Source: Toensbergia leucococca (lineage: Eukaryota). Taken from it: a stretch of 46,504 nt of DNA. Location of the stretch: contig JALDZS010000182.1 in the NCBI GenBank assembly GCA_022813965.1, positions 1 through 46,504 of the forward strand, read 5' to 3'. The position numbers and the translations under genes are program-made. Below the pieces are notes generated by a model. That model saw only the letters and a list, made by a program, of their open reading frames with translations. It had not been told where the DNA came from and searched no databases. Below are positions 23,325-35,849 of the stretch, piece by piece; positions within the stretch are counted from its first letter, which is position 1, and each line of letters starts with the position of its first letter.

Positions 23325-24700
23325 GCTACCATGTTCCCCTTCTCTCCACATAACCCGAACCTTCATCACAAACCCCCTCCGCCGGCACTAGAAACACCAA
23401 TCCTCTCGTCCAGCCCACACAAACAACTCACTTTTCCCTTTCCTCTCTCATTTCACCTTCCCACCTCCGCTCTCCGCACATTCCGCTTAACCCCTCCCAT
23501 TCAAACCCCTCCACCTCTCCATCAAAAAAACCATTGAAAATAAACATGAGCACACCTCATCCCCATCATCATCACTTCCTATCGGCCCCTCCTTTTCCCC
23601 CCTCAAACGCCTCTCTCTCCCACACTCTCCCTCTCAAAAATTTCAATTTCAATTTCAAGCATTTAACAACATCAACACTCAGATCTGAAAATCACAAAAT
23701 ATCTAACTGCGCATTTCAAAATCAAATTCTTATTTCTCACCTTCTTTCTTTCCTTCCCCCCCCCCCCTTCTCTCTCATCATTCTCTCTCTCTCATCACTC
23801 TCTCTACTCTTTCACACTCTTTTCATCACCTCCCTCATACCCCTCTTCCTCAAACAAAACTCAAAATCAAAAAAAAAAAAACATCACAATCACCCTCTTT
23901 TTCCTCTCTTAAATCATAAAACAATCTCACTCACACATTTATACTCACTCTTTAACTCACACTAATTATCAAATAACAATCATATTTTTTCTCTCTTCAC
24001 AAAATCTGACTCTTATCACCTCTCTTAGGGCAGAAACATCAATCCCTGCCTCTCAGATCTATACAAACAACTCACTTTTCTCACTTCTCTCTTATTTCAC
24101 ATTCTCACCTTCTTTCTTCACACATTTCACTCAACCCCCTCTCAATCAAACACCTTCACCTCTTCGTCAAAAAAATCATCAAAAATAAAACATCAGCACA
24201 CTCTATCCCCATCATCATCACTCCCACTCCCCTCAATCATTTCTCTCTTCCTCTCCCTTCCTTTCAAAACATTCAAATTCCCATTCAAGGCACTCAACAA
24301 CACCACACCCTAACCCTTGAACCACAAAAGATCAAACCGCGCATTTCAATCTCAAGCACTCAACAACACTAACAACTGAACCTCAAATCACAGAGTTTCA
24401 ACTGTGCATTCCAAAATCAAAATTTCCTACTCAGCACCCCCATCTCTCCCGCTCACTCTCTTCAACCCCCTCTCTTCAACCCTCTCTCTCCAACCCCCAT
24501 CTCTCCCGCTCACACTCTCCCCACCCTTCCCTCTCACACCCGTTCCACCACCCCCCTCGCATCCCCCTTCCCCAAACCAAACCCCCCCCACAAAAAAAAA
24601 CATCATAACCACCCCTCTTTTCCCCCTCTCGCAAACCGCCCCCACCAACTCACAACGCACTTCCGCCCACTCAATTTTTTCTCCATTCGTACCCACCCCA
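23325..24700. repeat. Heavily mutated tandem duplication of a ~645-700-bp C/A-rich unit
   Basis: acaaacaactcacttttc at ~23419 and ~24063; tcaaaaaaa..cacac..tccccatcatcatcact at 23522 and 24167; aaaaaaaaacatca..accctctttttcc at ~23872 and ~24592. G is nearly absent from the + strand. Confidence 0.85.
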
Positions 24701-25536
24701 CCAACCCAGCATCTACCACCTCCCACCTTCTCCCATCTCCCATCCTCCCCACCCAAACACCCCCCCCGCCCCCAAAACCCTCAGATCAATCCCCAGCCAA
24801 TCCACAATCTCAAAGCAGCGATTCCACAACCATACCCCAACCCCAGCCAACCCCACAACCTCACAACCTCAGTCAACTTCACTCTCATACCCCCATTCAA
24901 CCCCCACAACCCCATTCAACCCCCAATCAATCCACATAACCCCTCCACCAAAAACCACCCAACCCACATCCCCTCTCCCTCAAATGCACTCCCTGCAACA
25001 AAACAGAACCTTCAATCTTTCTTTTATCTTTGTTGAGGAAGTGGAGTTGTTTCCAAGGGGAGATGGAAGATGCAAAGATGGGATTTAGATGAGGCGACGA
25101 GGGATAGGAATAGTAATGCCTTACTCTAGGGGGAAAGGGGAAAGGGGTGAGGGAGAAGGGAAATTGGTGCTTTTTGTTGAGATACCTTAGATATTAAGGT
25201 GTTTGAGGTCGTGTCTTTGACTTAATTTTGAAGAATTGAGATATCACCTGGAATGGTTACATTTCAAATATCCAAGCAGATTCTTTGTAATGGAGAAAAC
25301 GTGGTTCATCTTCAAAAGTCCGTGATAGTCCGGCAACTAACCTAAACCCCTACTTGACCTAGGAATCGAACCCCCTAATCTAGTCTACGAAGCGAAAACC
25401 CCAATCCCCACCAGTCCAACCACCTCCTCACATCTATAGCAAACACATTGATGAGACCACCGACACAAAACGTCCAGTAGTGTCACTCATACACTGCCTA
25501 TCCAAAACAAACTAAAACAAACATAGAAGGAGTAAT

Positions 25537-27517
25537 CTAGCGATCAAGGCTCCGACGTTTCGTGTGACTGCTTTTGCAAATCGGCGAACCCGGGACTGAA
25601 AGAATGGGGAAAAACACCTAGTGAAGCAAAGTCAGCTGGGCTGTACTGGAAGATATGGAGATAGGTTTTGCAGCGAACTTACCAGTGGCAGGCCGGTCGT
25701 TACAGTAGCCTTCAAGATACCATTAGAGCCCACCGTAACCTGCGTGCAGCTCAGCACCTCCATGACTGTACTACCGGCAGCGAAACCGGTATTTGCCAAA
25801 TTCAAAGTGTACGTTGAAGCCGATGCTCCTACATTGCTGTAAACTCCCACAATGTTTGTAGCTCCATTTCCCTTCTGCAAGACTATGTTGTGATTGTCCG
25901 AGTAGATAATGTCGCTCTCATACAACACCCACGAGGCAGATTTGGCGATTGCCTGCTTTCGAAGCTGATTGAGCTGGATGATGAACTGGTACAACACTGA
26001 AGACGTGTCGTAGCCTGTAAGCCATATGGCTTCTCGATTGAACCCGGCAGTGCCGTTGAGGTGCTGTTCCTGGCCAGAGTAGACTGCCAAAGCTCAGCAT
26101 GTGCGGTCCAAAGTGGGCAGGGGTTATACTTACTGATAGGAATGCCATCGGAGAACATGGTAAATGCGATGACATTCTTTGCGAGCTAGAAGCAATCGAC
26201 TATTAGCATATATTCCATCTTGCAGCGATCAACGGCATGAAGTTTGACTTACCGACATATCTGGTGTGAGACTAGGAAATCTCGCTTGATCGTGATTTTC
26301 GGCAAAGGGGCCAAGAAGGGTAGGGTCTTTGCATATTTGTTGAAGGTACTTCATTTCGTTGATCAGGTTCTGCGGAGATGTTGAAGAGGAGGAGAAGAAC
26401 GGTGTTAGTTGGTAATACCTGTTGTTCAGTTGTGTCAGCGCCATTAGAGATGATAAAAGTATAGATTTCGCATACATGGGGTAGTTCAAAAAGCCATCAA
26501 TAGACTGTTGAAAAGGACAAGCGAAACCAACATCGCCATCTGACACTTCTCCAACGATATATACGCCTGCAGCCGTTTGGAAACCTGGCCAAAACGACTG
26601 CTCGACATTTTTAACCGAGTCAATGCGCAGCCCGTCAACTGCCAGATACCGTTAGACAGGGGCAGATATTTTCACAAGCTGAGACCTTACCTGAGTAATT
26701 CGAGACGAGTTCCCCAATCCATGAGTTGTACTCGGCCCGCACCGAAGGCAAAGCAGTGTAGACATCAGGCAGTGGATCGCTTGCGTCCCCAATCCAACAC
26801 TATCAAAAATAAGCATTTCGTTCATCACAAAACAACCACAGGCTACAATGCTCACATCCACCAAGGCCTCCGAGGTAGCAGGTGTATCATAAGTGATGAA
26901 GCAGATGTCGTGGAATTGGCTCTGCTTATTGAACGGGTTCGTTGTCGAGTAGTCTATGAGACTAGCATTGCCAATTGCGCCAAAGTGATTTGTAACAAGG
27001 TCAATCATGAGGTACTGTTCAACCAAATGAGCTTCAAAACTCTTGTAAGTTTCTTTTGACACCACTAACCATGTCTCTCCCGTGGAGAGCAGCTGCCAAG
27101 TCCTTTAGATCTTGGGGCGTGCCCATGTTCTGGTTTACCTGGTACAGGTCCTGTTGAGAGTAACCATGGTAGGATCGAGCTGGATCATCAATCTGCTTGG
27201 TTACGGGAGAGATCCATATAGCGTCGAAACCCATTCCCTGTTACAGTCAGTTCGGGTACCTTTTCCCTGCCAGCAAATGATTCTCCTACCTGTATGTAAT
27301 CCAGCTGCTGGATGATGCCCTGCCAAGTGCCACCACAGAAGCCTTGGAATCCAGGTGGACATACAGCTGTTGTCGAATTGTCGGTCCTTGCGAATCTGTC
27401 GGTAACAAGTTGATAGATGGAGCGCGTTCGCCAGTCGCTCGAGTCTGCAGAATAAGCTAAGGCGATGAAGGTTGAGAGCGCCAGCGCCACGGAGGGCCAG
27501 CCTGAGTGGGGAAGCAT
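25537..27517 (-). CDS. Secreted GH13 alpha-amylase (Taka-amylase/GH13_1-like), 9 exons
   Basis: Signal peptide, WRTRSIYQLVTDRFA, CGGTWQGII, GFDAIWISP, region I DLVTNH, region II DGLRIDSVKNV, region III GEV, region IV FAENHD, YSGQEQH and NREAIW. Eight GT-AG introns; the last exon 25617-25537 ends in TAG. Confidence 0.93.
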
Positions 27518-28999
27518 TGAAAATTGAAAATTGAAAATGGGAGATTGGGTTTGGTACTGTAGGGAAAAGAGAGTGGTTTGATTGAACGAGAGTGGTTTCT
27601 AGCAGACCTGCTGCTATATAGAGCAAATGAAGGTAGACAAAGGCACAAATGAAAGACGACAAAGAGAAAATAAAAGAGAGTGATGGTTGTCATCTGTGTA
27701 AAGATGTTCGACATGACTTGGAGCATTATTCACTCCCTTATTCATGCATTACCTTGCGCCCCACTTCCAATGCGGCAAGGGATGTACGTAGCTTGCTATT
27801 CGAGATTTGAGGGGTTTCGTGGATTCAGATGTTGGTGGGGCAGGCTTTGTGATAAGATAAACATGCCGCGCGGCAAGCGAGCCAGGGTTGAAATACGAGT
27901 TGAAATACGACATGACTGGTCAATTTCATGGCTGGCCGCTGTCAAGATTACGACCATGTCCTGGCTGAAACCCAAGTCTGTCATGCATTACTTTAGTGTG
28001 GAAAACTAAGGTACGCAAAGCTTGACGCAAAGCTTAGGTGACTTTGGCTCCACACTGAACACGGCCGACCAACCGTTGTGCCATTCCGCCGAGGAAGCGA
28101 ATCGGGACTAGCTCCGAAAGACACTTGAACCAGGCATGTTTGCAGCTGGCCATTTATCCTTTATGCGTCACTTTCTTGTCAAACAAAGGATCCAAGACCT
28201 AGACATTTGTGCTTATATGGGCAATAAGGTAATTTTGAATGCATTCGTCAATCCCTTGTCCATTCATCTTCGACTTCTTCATCAACCGAGGAATCCAATC
28301 TACCGTTCTCATCTACCGTGGCAGCGTGGTAAGCCTGGAGCGTTTCTCAACTTTGAGCCTTCTAAGTTCTAGCTGATCTGTCCGTGACTATCGTGATTAC
28401 AGTCTCGTCTCAAGATTCTGCGCTTCGGAGTGAACCAGGTAATAAGCAAACAATGAAATTACCCCCTTTGAAGCTGTAAACATTGATACCCAGCTTCGCT
28501 TGTTCCCACATTGTCAGTTCAGGAACGCTTGACAATGTCTTCAAAGAAAGAATTGACTCGAGGATTGCATCCAAGGTGACCAGGTAATCGAGGAGCTCAA
28601 GGAATTCATTTGCCAAATTCTCACATGCCTCTTCTTTGCAAAGGTATCCAGTATCTACATTTCAATGCAAGAGTCAATTTAAACTTCATGCAAGTGGCTG
28701 ACGTAGGCTTCTTAGTCAACCTTTGATAAGAATGAGGCTTTTCCCCCACCATAACTACAATCGCGACATTCGAAACCCATGAGCCATCTTGATGCACAGG
28801 ACAACAGTCGTGTCCGGTGATACGTCGACTCTTGCGCTACAAGTACGAGTTGTTCCAAGCATGTCGCTACGCGTCCAACTGCATCACTGCTTTCGTCTGC
28901 ACAAATCGTTGAGCGGTCATTACTATACTAAGCCTAGGTACTCTATACCTTAATCATGACAAAAAGTCTGGTAATCACAATCCGGAATGTCTGAACGCA

Positions 29000-29833
29000 A
29001 TGGTAGAACATAGATGATGGAGTGGCCCGAGCCATCCATTACTAATACTGCAACCCCAAAATATCACCGAATTTGCGAAACGCTCATGTAATTCGAATGA
29101 TGGATTGCAGGGGCGGTGCAGCATTTTGCTCTTCCCCAGGGACAAAACATCCTTTGAAGAAACACTTTAGACATTTGGTATGGTGGTCATGCGACTTCGA
29201 CTGCATTTACTGGGGTGTATGTGCGACCACAAGAAGCGGGATCCTATTTGCTGCTAACAAGATCATCCAAATGGAGTGGATGACAGGACTCGGGTCCAGT
29301 AAATTTGCTGGTCAAAGAAATACAATGGAATCGCCATTCGGTTAATACTTGGCTGCAATTGAAAGAAAAGCCAATGATATTGCGGAAATGTATGAGCAAT
29401 TGAGGGTTTACTGACCGAGGATGGGGGGCGAGGCACATGCGTGTGTATGTCCTCGTGGTGACTGGTGAAGCTCGATGCTCTAGTCTTCTGACAAGAAAAT
29501 AGACCTCAACATAATCTTCACCCATCCACATTACCGGCGTCAGGGCACAGCGGGAATGCTAGTGGAGTGAGGCCTTCGAAAGGCCGATGAAGAGGGGCTT
29601 GAAGCGTATATGGAAGGAACCTACCTCGGAAGAGCCATCTATGACAGTTATGGGTTTGTTGTCGTGTATAAGGCCGACTTGGAATTTGAAATCCGGATTC
29701 AACCAATGAATGGAGGCGGTTGGTGCATGACCTCACATTCAGGCCTAGCGCTATTATGTGAAGACCTATTGGTAAGAAATATGGGAAGAGGAAGACGCTG
29801 ATATTGTAGGAAGAGATTCCAAGAGATGCGTAA
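29000..29833 (+). pseudogene. GNAT acetyltransferase pseudogene
   Basis: After the acceptor at 29502 it reads LNIIFTHPHYRRQGTAGMLVE*GLRKADEEGLEAYMEGTYLGRAIYDSYGF (acetyl-CoA motif RRQG). TGA at 29568 and 29759 sit at expected Trp positions, with a frameshift near 29690. The 5' boundary is approximate. Confidence 0.8.
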
Positions 29834-31153
29834 TGTGTGTCAGCAGTATCACTAGAGAATCGAGAGCCTTTATGTTTTGAGGGTTTATACCAATCCAGAA
29901 GACGGTCCTACCAACAATATAGAGAACATCGTCAAAAACTCGAAACGGAGTGTAAGGCCGTACGGGTCTGGGCTTACAGCTACGTCTATAGAAAGGGACA
30001 TTTTACGTTGAAGGAATCACAAAATCAGGCAAGGATTTGTACCCTCACGTTATTGGAAGGTTTTCCGCTCATTCTGTCCAATTGTACCGACCTTCTCATC
30101 GTTGATCATTTGTTTCACTCGAAAGACATAACTTCATATCACAATCCACGAGTCTCTGCAGAAGCAGCTAGGTTAAATTGCATTAAGAACACCCATGGTA
30201 AGAAAAGACAGTCAAGGGAAGAGTAGGCTAATCATTGGGATATGGTGCCGACAAGGACAATCCCTGAATTTTCCCTTCCATAGAGGTGAACCCTTGCAGG
30301 CCTGCTACCATTGGGGTGGCCTACTTACTATTAGATATGGCTGCTGTCTGAGGAGCCCGAGCCATCTCCAAATTTTCGGCATTGAACACTTGCTCTCATT
30401 AAATCTCTACAACTCAAAAAAACAACAAGGCCTTCAAAAGTACTAGTGGAAAACCCTACGTCCAGTTATCGTCGCAATCCCACCGTTCACGGAGCCTTGA
30501 ATTCAAATTCTTATTTCTCACTTTCTATTCAGACCTGAGACACTATAAAGTCTTAAGCACTCAAGATAAGAAAATTCTGGATAGAAGCCTAGTAATCCAA
30601 GCTTACTGTGAGACTTGATCACTGTACTTACCTCATCTGGAACGCCGGAAAGATGCTTGAAGATCAAACCCGAAAGAACAGTTCAGCTCGTGCTATTGAT
30701 CTCTTCTTAATCAGATCTCGTGTCTTCTGCATTCAAGGGCAACCTATGGCTGTCATGCCAAGTTATTAGTTATTATATACTGCCCATTGACCGGTAATCA
30801 CGATCTCGGGACTCTATACCAGTATACCTCAACAATTGGGTAGTCGGGGCACGCGATCTACGAAGTCACCGGCGGATTTCCTGTCCAAAACCCCAATAGC
30901 GTCTCTGGTCAGCAAGTATCTACAGACCGCCACAGAAGTAATATCTAATATACGATATCAACGCGATTGATATCTATGGATTCGCTAGCTCTATCTCTCA
31001 CGGCAATGGCGTCAATTCATTTGAGCCGTGAAGTTCAGATTGACTGATCGCAACATAGTCACGTTCAAATATATACATTATCGCCATCAACCACTTCCTC
31101 AACGGCGACAATATATACATATATTCTATGAGAAGTCCTCGCCACCACAACAC

Positions 31154-32215
31154 ATGGACCGTTTTTCAAGCATCCAAGTGTTGAGCGTTTCATACCTTAA
31201 TATACCTCCGCATTTCTAACAGATACCCGGGTATAGCGCATCAAGTACTGATTGCGCTTCCTCCTTCTATAACCTTAATCTCACCTTTAGTGTTTTTATC
31301 AATAGTACTGAGACTTTGAAAGTCGCTTTAAGGCTTTCGCTTTTGAAAGTTTTGATTCAAAATACAAGACTAGTTACTATGAGAAAGTTTAGCATTCTAA
31401 AGCTAGTCAGCTCATCCTCCTTTTCAATTTCAATCGCCTGTCAGCCTATATTATATATCTCAAGGGCCTAGCAGAACGTCTTCTTGATCCTGCAAGACTG
31501 TTCTTATATCCTGCAATACAATGACTCACAAAATCGACGGATAATTTGTCATGGAGTTCAAGATGAAACACAGGATAAAGCAAATGAAGCCTTTTACTCT
31601 ATATAACGAAGAACGAGAAGGCAGAAGAGTCCATACATGAGCACACTGGCAGTATCCTGAATCTTGATGTTGAAAGAGAATAGTGGCACATCATCACCAC
31701 TACCGCAAAGCATAAAAATTCCGGAAACATTAGGAAATGCACGCTCAAGAAGATCTTGGAGCTCCAATCGTCCACTAATTGTCAATGTCACCGAGACTTC
31801 TTAATCTCATGCAACAGACACTCTGAACAAAATTTGGATACTCCACGCTCAGTGAATCTCAAGTAAAGCTTTCGAAGCTGTATATAGGAATGCCCCCGCC
31901 GCCGAACTCCAAAACGATCTCAATCTTTTCGTCATCACGTCTGACGGAGCAAGAAGGAATGGCGATATGGGGACCTCGAAACAAAACACAAGTAGATAGT
32001 ATGGGACTGCAAACGGAGTTGGAGCCTGAAGAGGAGCTGGAGGTATAAGTTGAAGAGATGCAGATGAAGGCACTGGGAGATGAATACTCAGACACATTGA
32101 CAAGCATGAAAGACATGACATCAACGTGTGGCGATCAAGGCCTTGCGAAGGGAGTTTAGAAGTTGGAAGCGAGTGCATGCAGACACAAGAAAGAGACGAC
32201 GAGGCAGCAGATCCA
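31154..32215 (+). pseudogene. Relic with a HeLo-like N-terminus and kinesin-light-chain-type TPR repeats (fungal NLR/cell-death type)
   Basis: TPR at 32031-32170 reads EELEV*VEEMQMKALGDEYSDTLTSMKDMTSTCGDQGLAKGV*KLE (cf. EELEVQVMETRKRVLGEEHPDTLTSMxNLAxTY). The N-terminus from ATG 31154 plus the exon at 31223 reads ..CASSFYNL..LLKVLIQNTRLV.. and later RRQKS..VS*IL, which is HeLo-like but weaker evidence. Confidence 0.6.
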
Positions 32216-32370
32216 GCCTTGAAGATCGTAATTGCTCAGTGTCTAATTGTTGGGACACAAAGGACTTGAGTCCGCCGATAATATGGCTGATGTTTCTAGA
32301 GCTTTTCACATGACTCACACTCAATTTCGCTTCTAAAAGTATCATCATCTACCTAACGTTTTCTTTATAG

Positions 32371-32729
32371 CCGTGGACTTTCAAGAGCACATCACCCACC
32401 CAGAGGACGCCGAAGAGCTTGAGTTCAAGAAGCATCTCGCTTGCAATAGCTGGAAAGAGAAAGATATATTCACATACAACGCTTTCACTATCATCAACCT
32501 CATCTTTATCCGCGCCCATCTATTGACTCCGGTCATCTGTTGAGCGATAGCATTAAGAGAAACTCTATTTGGCTTGTAAGAAGCTCTCATGAATCTCTAC
32601 GTTCATTACTTAAGATACCTGTACCAGTTGATTGGTAAAGATCCTCTTATCCCGAAGGATCTTTGTCCAAACACTCAACTACACGTTTTTAGTATGGTTG
32701 AGTCTACTTTGACTCACAGAAAGTATTAA
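32371..32729 (+). pseudogene. Decayed exon of an unidentified protein
   Basis: A CTAAC..TAG acceptor at 32370 is followed by 118 protein-like codons (VDFQEHITHPEDAEELEFKKHLAC..) with only two internal stops. Confidence 0.4.
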
Positions 32730-34440
32730 ACGTACGTTTCCTCACTTTACTACGAACTCATTAATGCATCAAGGCGACGAAGAAGCTTTGACTCACACAC
32801 TGATGCCGGGATGGTCAAGTCAAAAGCCCTGGATCCGTCAACATACAGAGGTATGTAGAAGAGAAGCTGTCTACTTTAAGCATTCGAATAAATGATCACT
32901 ACAGCTCCCAATGGCGCGTCGATGCGTCCCATCTCGATTACCCCATAAAGATTATTTAAGCGGATAGAGGGGATCAAATTAGATAATCTATGCAGTGATT
33001 TGGGTCCTTCGTATGGCGAAAGTCAAGGTAGTGTTAGCACGGTTGACTTGGTAAAATCTGCGAGTTCGGCTATTTCAAAATTCAGCCTGCATAACATTGA
33101 AGAATAAGTTTACCACAAAGATTAGACATGATGACATCTCTCGATTGCGTGGTAAGTAAACATGTGTGGATTGTAAGAGTATACTAACGCTCAGCTAGTC
33201 AGTGAATATACGAGTGTCTAGTCAAAAAATTCCAAAAGCTTCAAGCTACAGCGCTCTGCAAGTTACGTGGTAAGATAGAAGGATTCCCGCAGGTTGTCGT
33301 CCGGTTTGTAGAGCCTGGTCGGTAAAATTAATTGGAGTGAAAAGACTAATGCATTTGCTTTTGTAGCTGATGAGGAGCACGCTGCTGAGGGTAGAGGAAA
33401 AGGACGCTTTCGGGGGAAATTTATTAATACTATTGACTTCTGATTAGAGATAGAGACTTCCTCTCTCACTTAAGATCAACGGCCAAGAAAGATGAGCATT
33501 CATTTCGTTGTAATCTCAAAAAGGCAATAGTTGACGGTTAGAAGCTTCAGCTTCATTCTTTGTTGCGTCAAGTTTCGTGCCCAAATTAAAACATCATAAA
33601 GCTTCAAGGAGCGCTTCAAGAAGAGTGAGCTTCTGACAAAGGAGAGAAAAAAATACAGTTTCTGACTCAAGATTCATTCTTTTGAGAAGGTGATAGGTTA
33701 GAGTGCCTAGCTCACATGACCATCGGATTCTGAGAAGAGTATTCTGTATTCCGCAAACCTCGCCTCGCAGATCGTCGCCTGCTTGTTATTACACCTCCAT
33801 ATTCGTTTTTCTCAGGGTGAATTACAATACAATGCACACTCAATCGTCGTCTTAATGGCCGCAGACTTTATACTGAATCTGAGGGATTGGGATCCGGCTG
33901 AGGTGCAAATACAAAATCCGCTGTACAACAGAGGCTTCGTCAAAGTTCACGTTGGAGATTTTCCGGTACAATTTCTGGTAAAAGATCAGCACCATGTTCT
34001 ATGAACTGACTACGGTGTCATCCTCAATTTTCTACCTCTAATTTCGCCAAAGTGAGTGATGAGCAGCGTAACCAATACTGGGGCACATTTTGCTTTACGT
34101 TTCAGTCAGCCTGCTGCCTCAGACAATCACCTGGCCCGTTTGACTACACTAGCCAAGCACTTCAATTGAGAAGTCGTAGGGGATAACTTAAATGCAAGGT
34201 AGAAGATAATTTTTGGGAGAGAAAAGAGCGGCGTCTGTCGGGATGTCTCAAAAAGTGATTATACAATCAAAAGATTTAGCATTTTGAGATGGTGATGAGC
34301 GTGAAGAGGAATAGGTGAGGTGTGAACGCTATGGTTGATGATAAAGACACTGAAGACACTTGAAGATGACCTCCTTTTGCTGAAATTACCTGTCCCCTTT
34401 AGCGACTTACCCGGACGTTGCATGCAGATATTCAGAATCT

Positions 34441-34780
34441 GAAGAACTTTCTTCCCTACTGCTCCGCGAACTGTGTGCTACCAAAGCTAGAATTTTTGGA
34501 TGGGATCCAAACCTGCCAGTTAGGATGTATCTTGACGCCTCAGGATCTGTAGCCGGTTGTTTCATTTCACAAGTTCAGGACAGCGAATAGAGGCAAGAGA
34601 GGTCTTTGTATTTTGATTCTTTTACCTTGATCAACCTGAAAGATCCTGTGACATGTACAGGCAAGAATTGAGGGCCATAATTCAGTTCACACACCTATCA
34701 TCATGACTAAGAAAGAAGTTGAGGCAGGCATTGAACCTATTGAGCGCATTGTCCATACCATCAGCTACTATCGCACGCAG
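34441..34780 (+). mobile_element. Ty3/gypsy retrotransposon RNase H relic; possible protease remnant ~33900-34050 and integrase remnant ~35200-35550 nearby
   Basis: LRELCATKARIFGWDPNLPVRMYLDASGSVAGCFISQ..SLYFDSFTL/PERSCDMYRQELRAIIQFTH..IVHT, with the DAS and E catalytic positions of gypsy RNase H. One stop and at least one frameshift. Confidence 0.75.
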
Positions 34781-35849
34781 CCTCCGGACATCATGCCTCC
34801 TCTATCTCTGTACGCCAATGAGATCCGATTTCTGAACATCAATGAGGCCCATAGCTCAGCTTTCCCTTGTCAACCAAAGACAGAGAGAAGAAGGGCTTGT
34901 GACTGAATCTTCAGAGGAGCTCGTCATTCATATTCAGAAAAGTGGCAAGGCTCAATATGCCATTCACAATCACTACAAAGCTTCTGAATACAACTTCTTT
35001 CTGTGCTGCGCGCACCCCCCCCCAGCAATTATCAGGCCGCCTATGAAGACGGGTGGTTTGTGAGTTTGAGAAGTGATGAGACAGAGTGAAAGGAAATGTA
35101 TCACAACAGGACAGTTCCTCATCATACGCTGACTGTCAAAATATCTCACAGAACCGTCAGTTCCCTCATGCCTTTTCCTGCCTGTCTTTTTTTTGCGCCA
35201 CGCTGCGCTTCCCTGTCTTCTGCTTCTGCTGACACCTGAGGGGTTTTCTTCCGCGCAGATGTGAGTGTATGACTCAGCCTTTACTGCGAAGGGCCCTCCT
35301 ATCTTTGAGCGCTCCGGTGACACCGTGACCAAACGGTTGAGAACCATTTCTAGCTAGGCATAGACATAAGAGTCTGAACATGTATAATGTTGAGGCCATG
35401 GAGATATGAGACGCTGAGATCCTAGACTTGAAGAAAACGTCAAAGGCTCCCGAGATGAAATTTCGGATCAGGCCGAACAACTTGGTTTGGGACTGAAGAA
35501 GATGAAGAGTTCAGTAGCTTTCTACGCATTTGAGGAAAAGGAAACGCTGAAACTAGAGTAACGAACTGAAGTCACCTATGAGTCAGTCAGACAACTATAC
35601 TCTAACATGTTGTGGCGGAAAACAAATGAGAATAAGGGAGGGTTGCATGAAGCAAAAAGAATTCACACAAAGTCAGGGTATAGATAATTGAGTCATATTC
35701 AGACACCCCGGGTACGCTGCAAAAGAAGCTTGTTTGTATCTCCTCAGTCTCCAAGGGTCAACTTCTTTATGTGACCTGACAGAAACACTTGTCAGGTGGC
35801 GTATGTTAGTCGCAAGGCCTCGGAAGTAAGACCTGGCTTCTCAGCAGAC

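Noticed and set aside
23331..25036. Pro/His/Leu-rich ORFs (23331, 23534, 24404) and the Gly-rich antisense ORF as real proteins
   Set aside because: They are by-products of G-depleted low-complexity duplicated DNA.
28000..30500. Starship captain (DUF3435 tyrosine recombinase) at the start of the decayed region
   Set aside because: No recognisable recombinase motifs in the frames I translated; the readable relic there is a GNAT.
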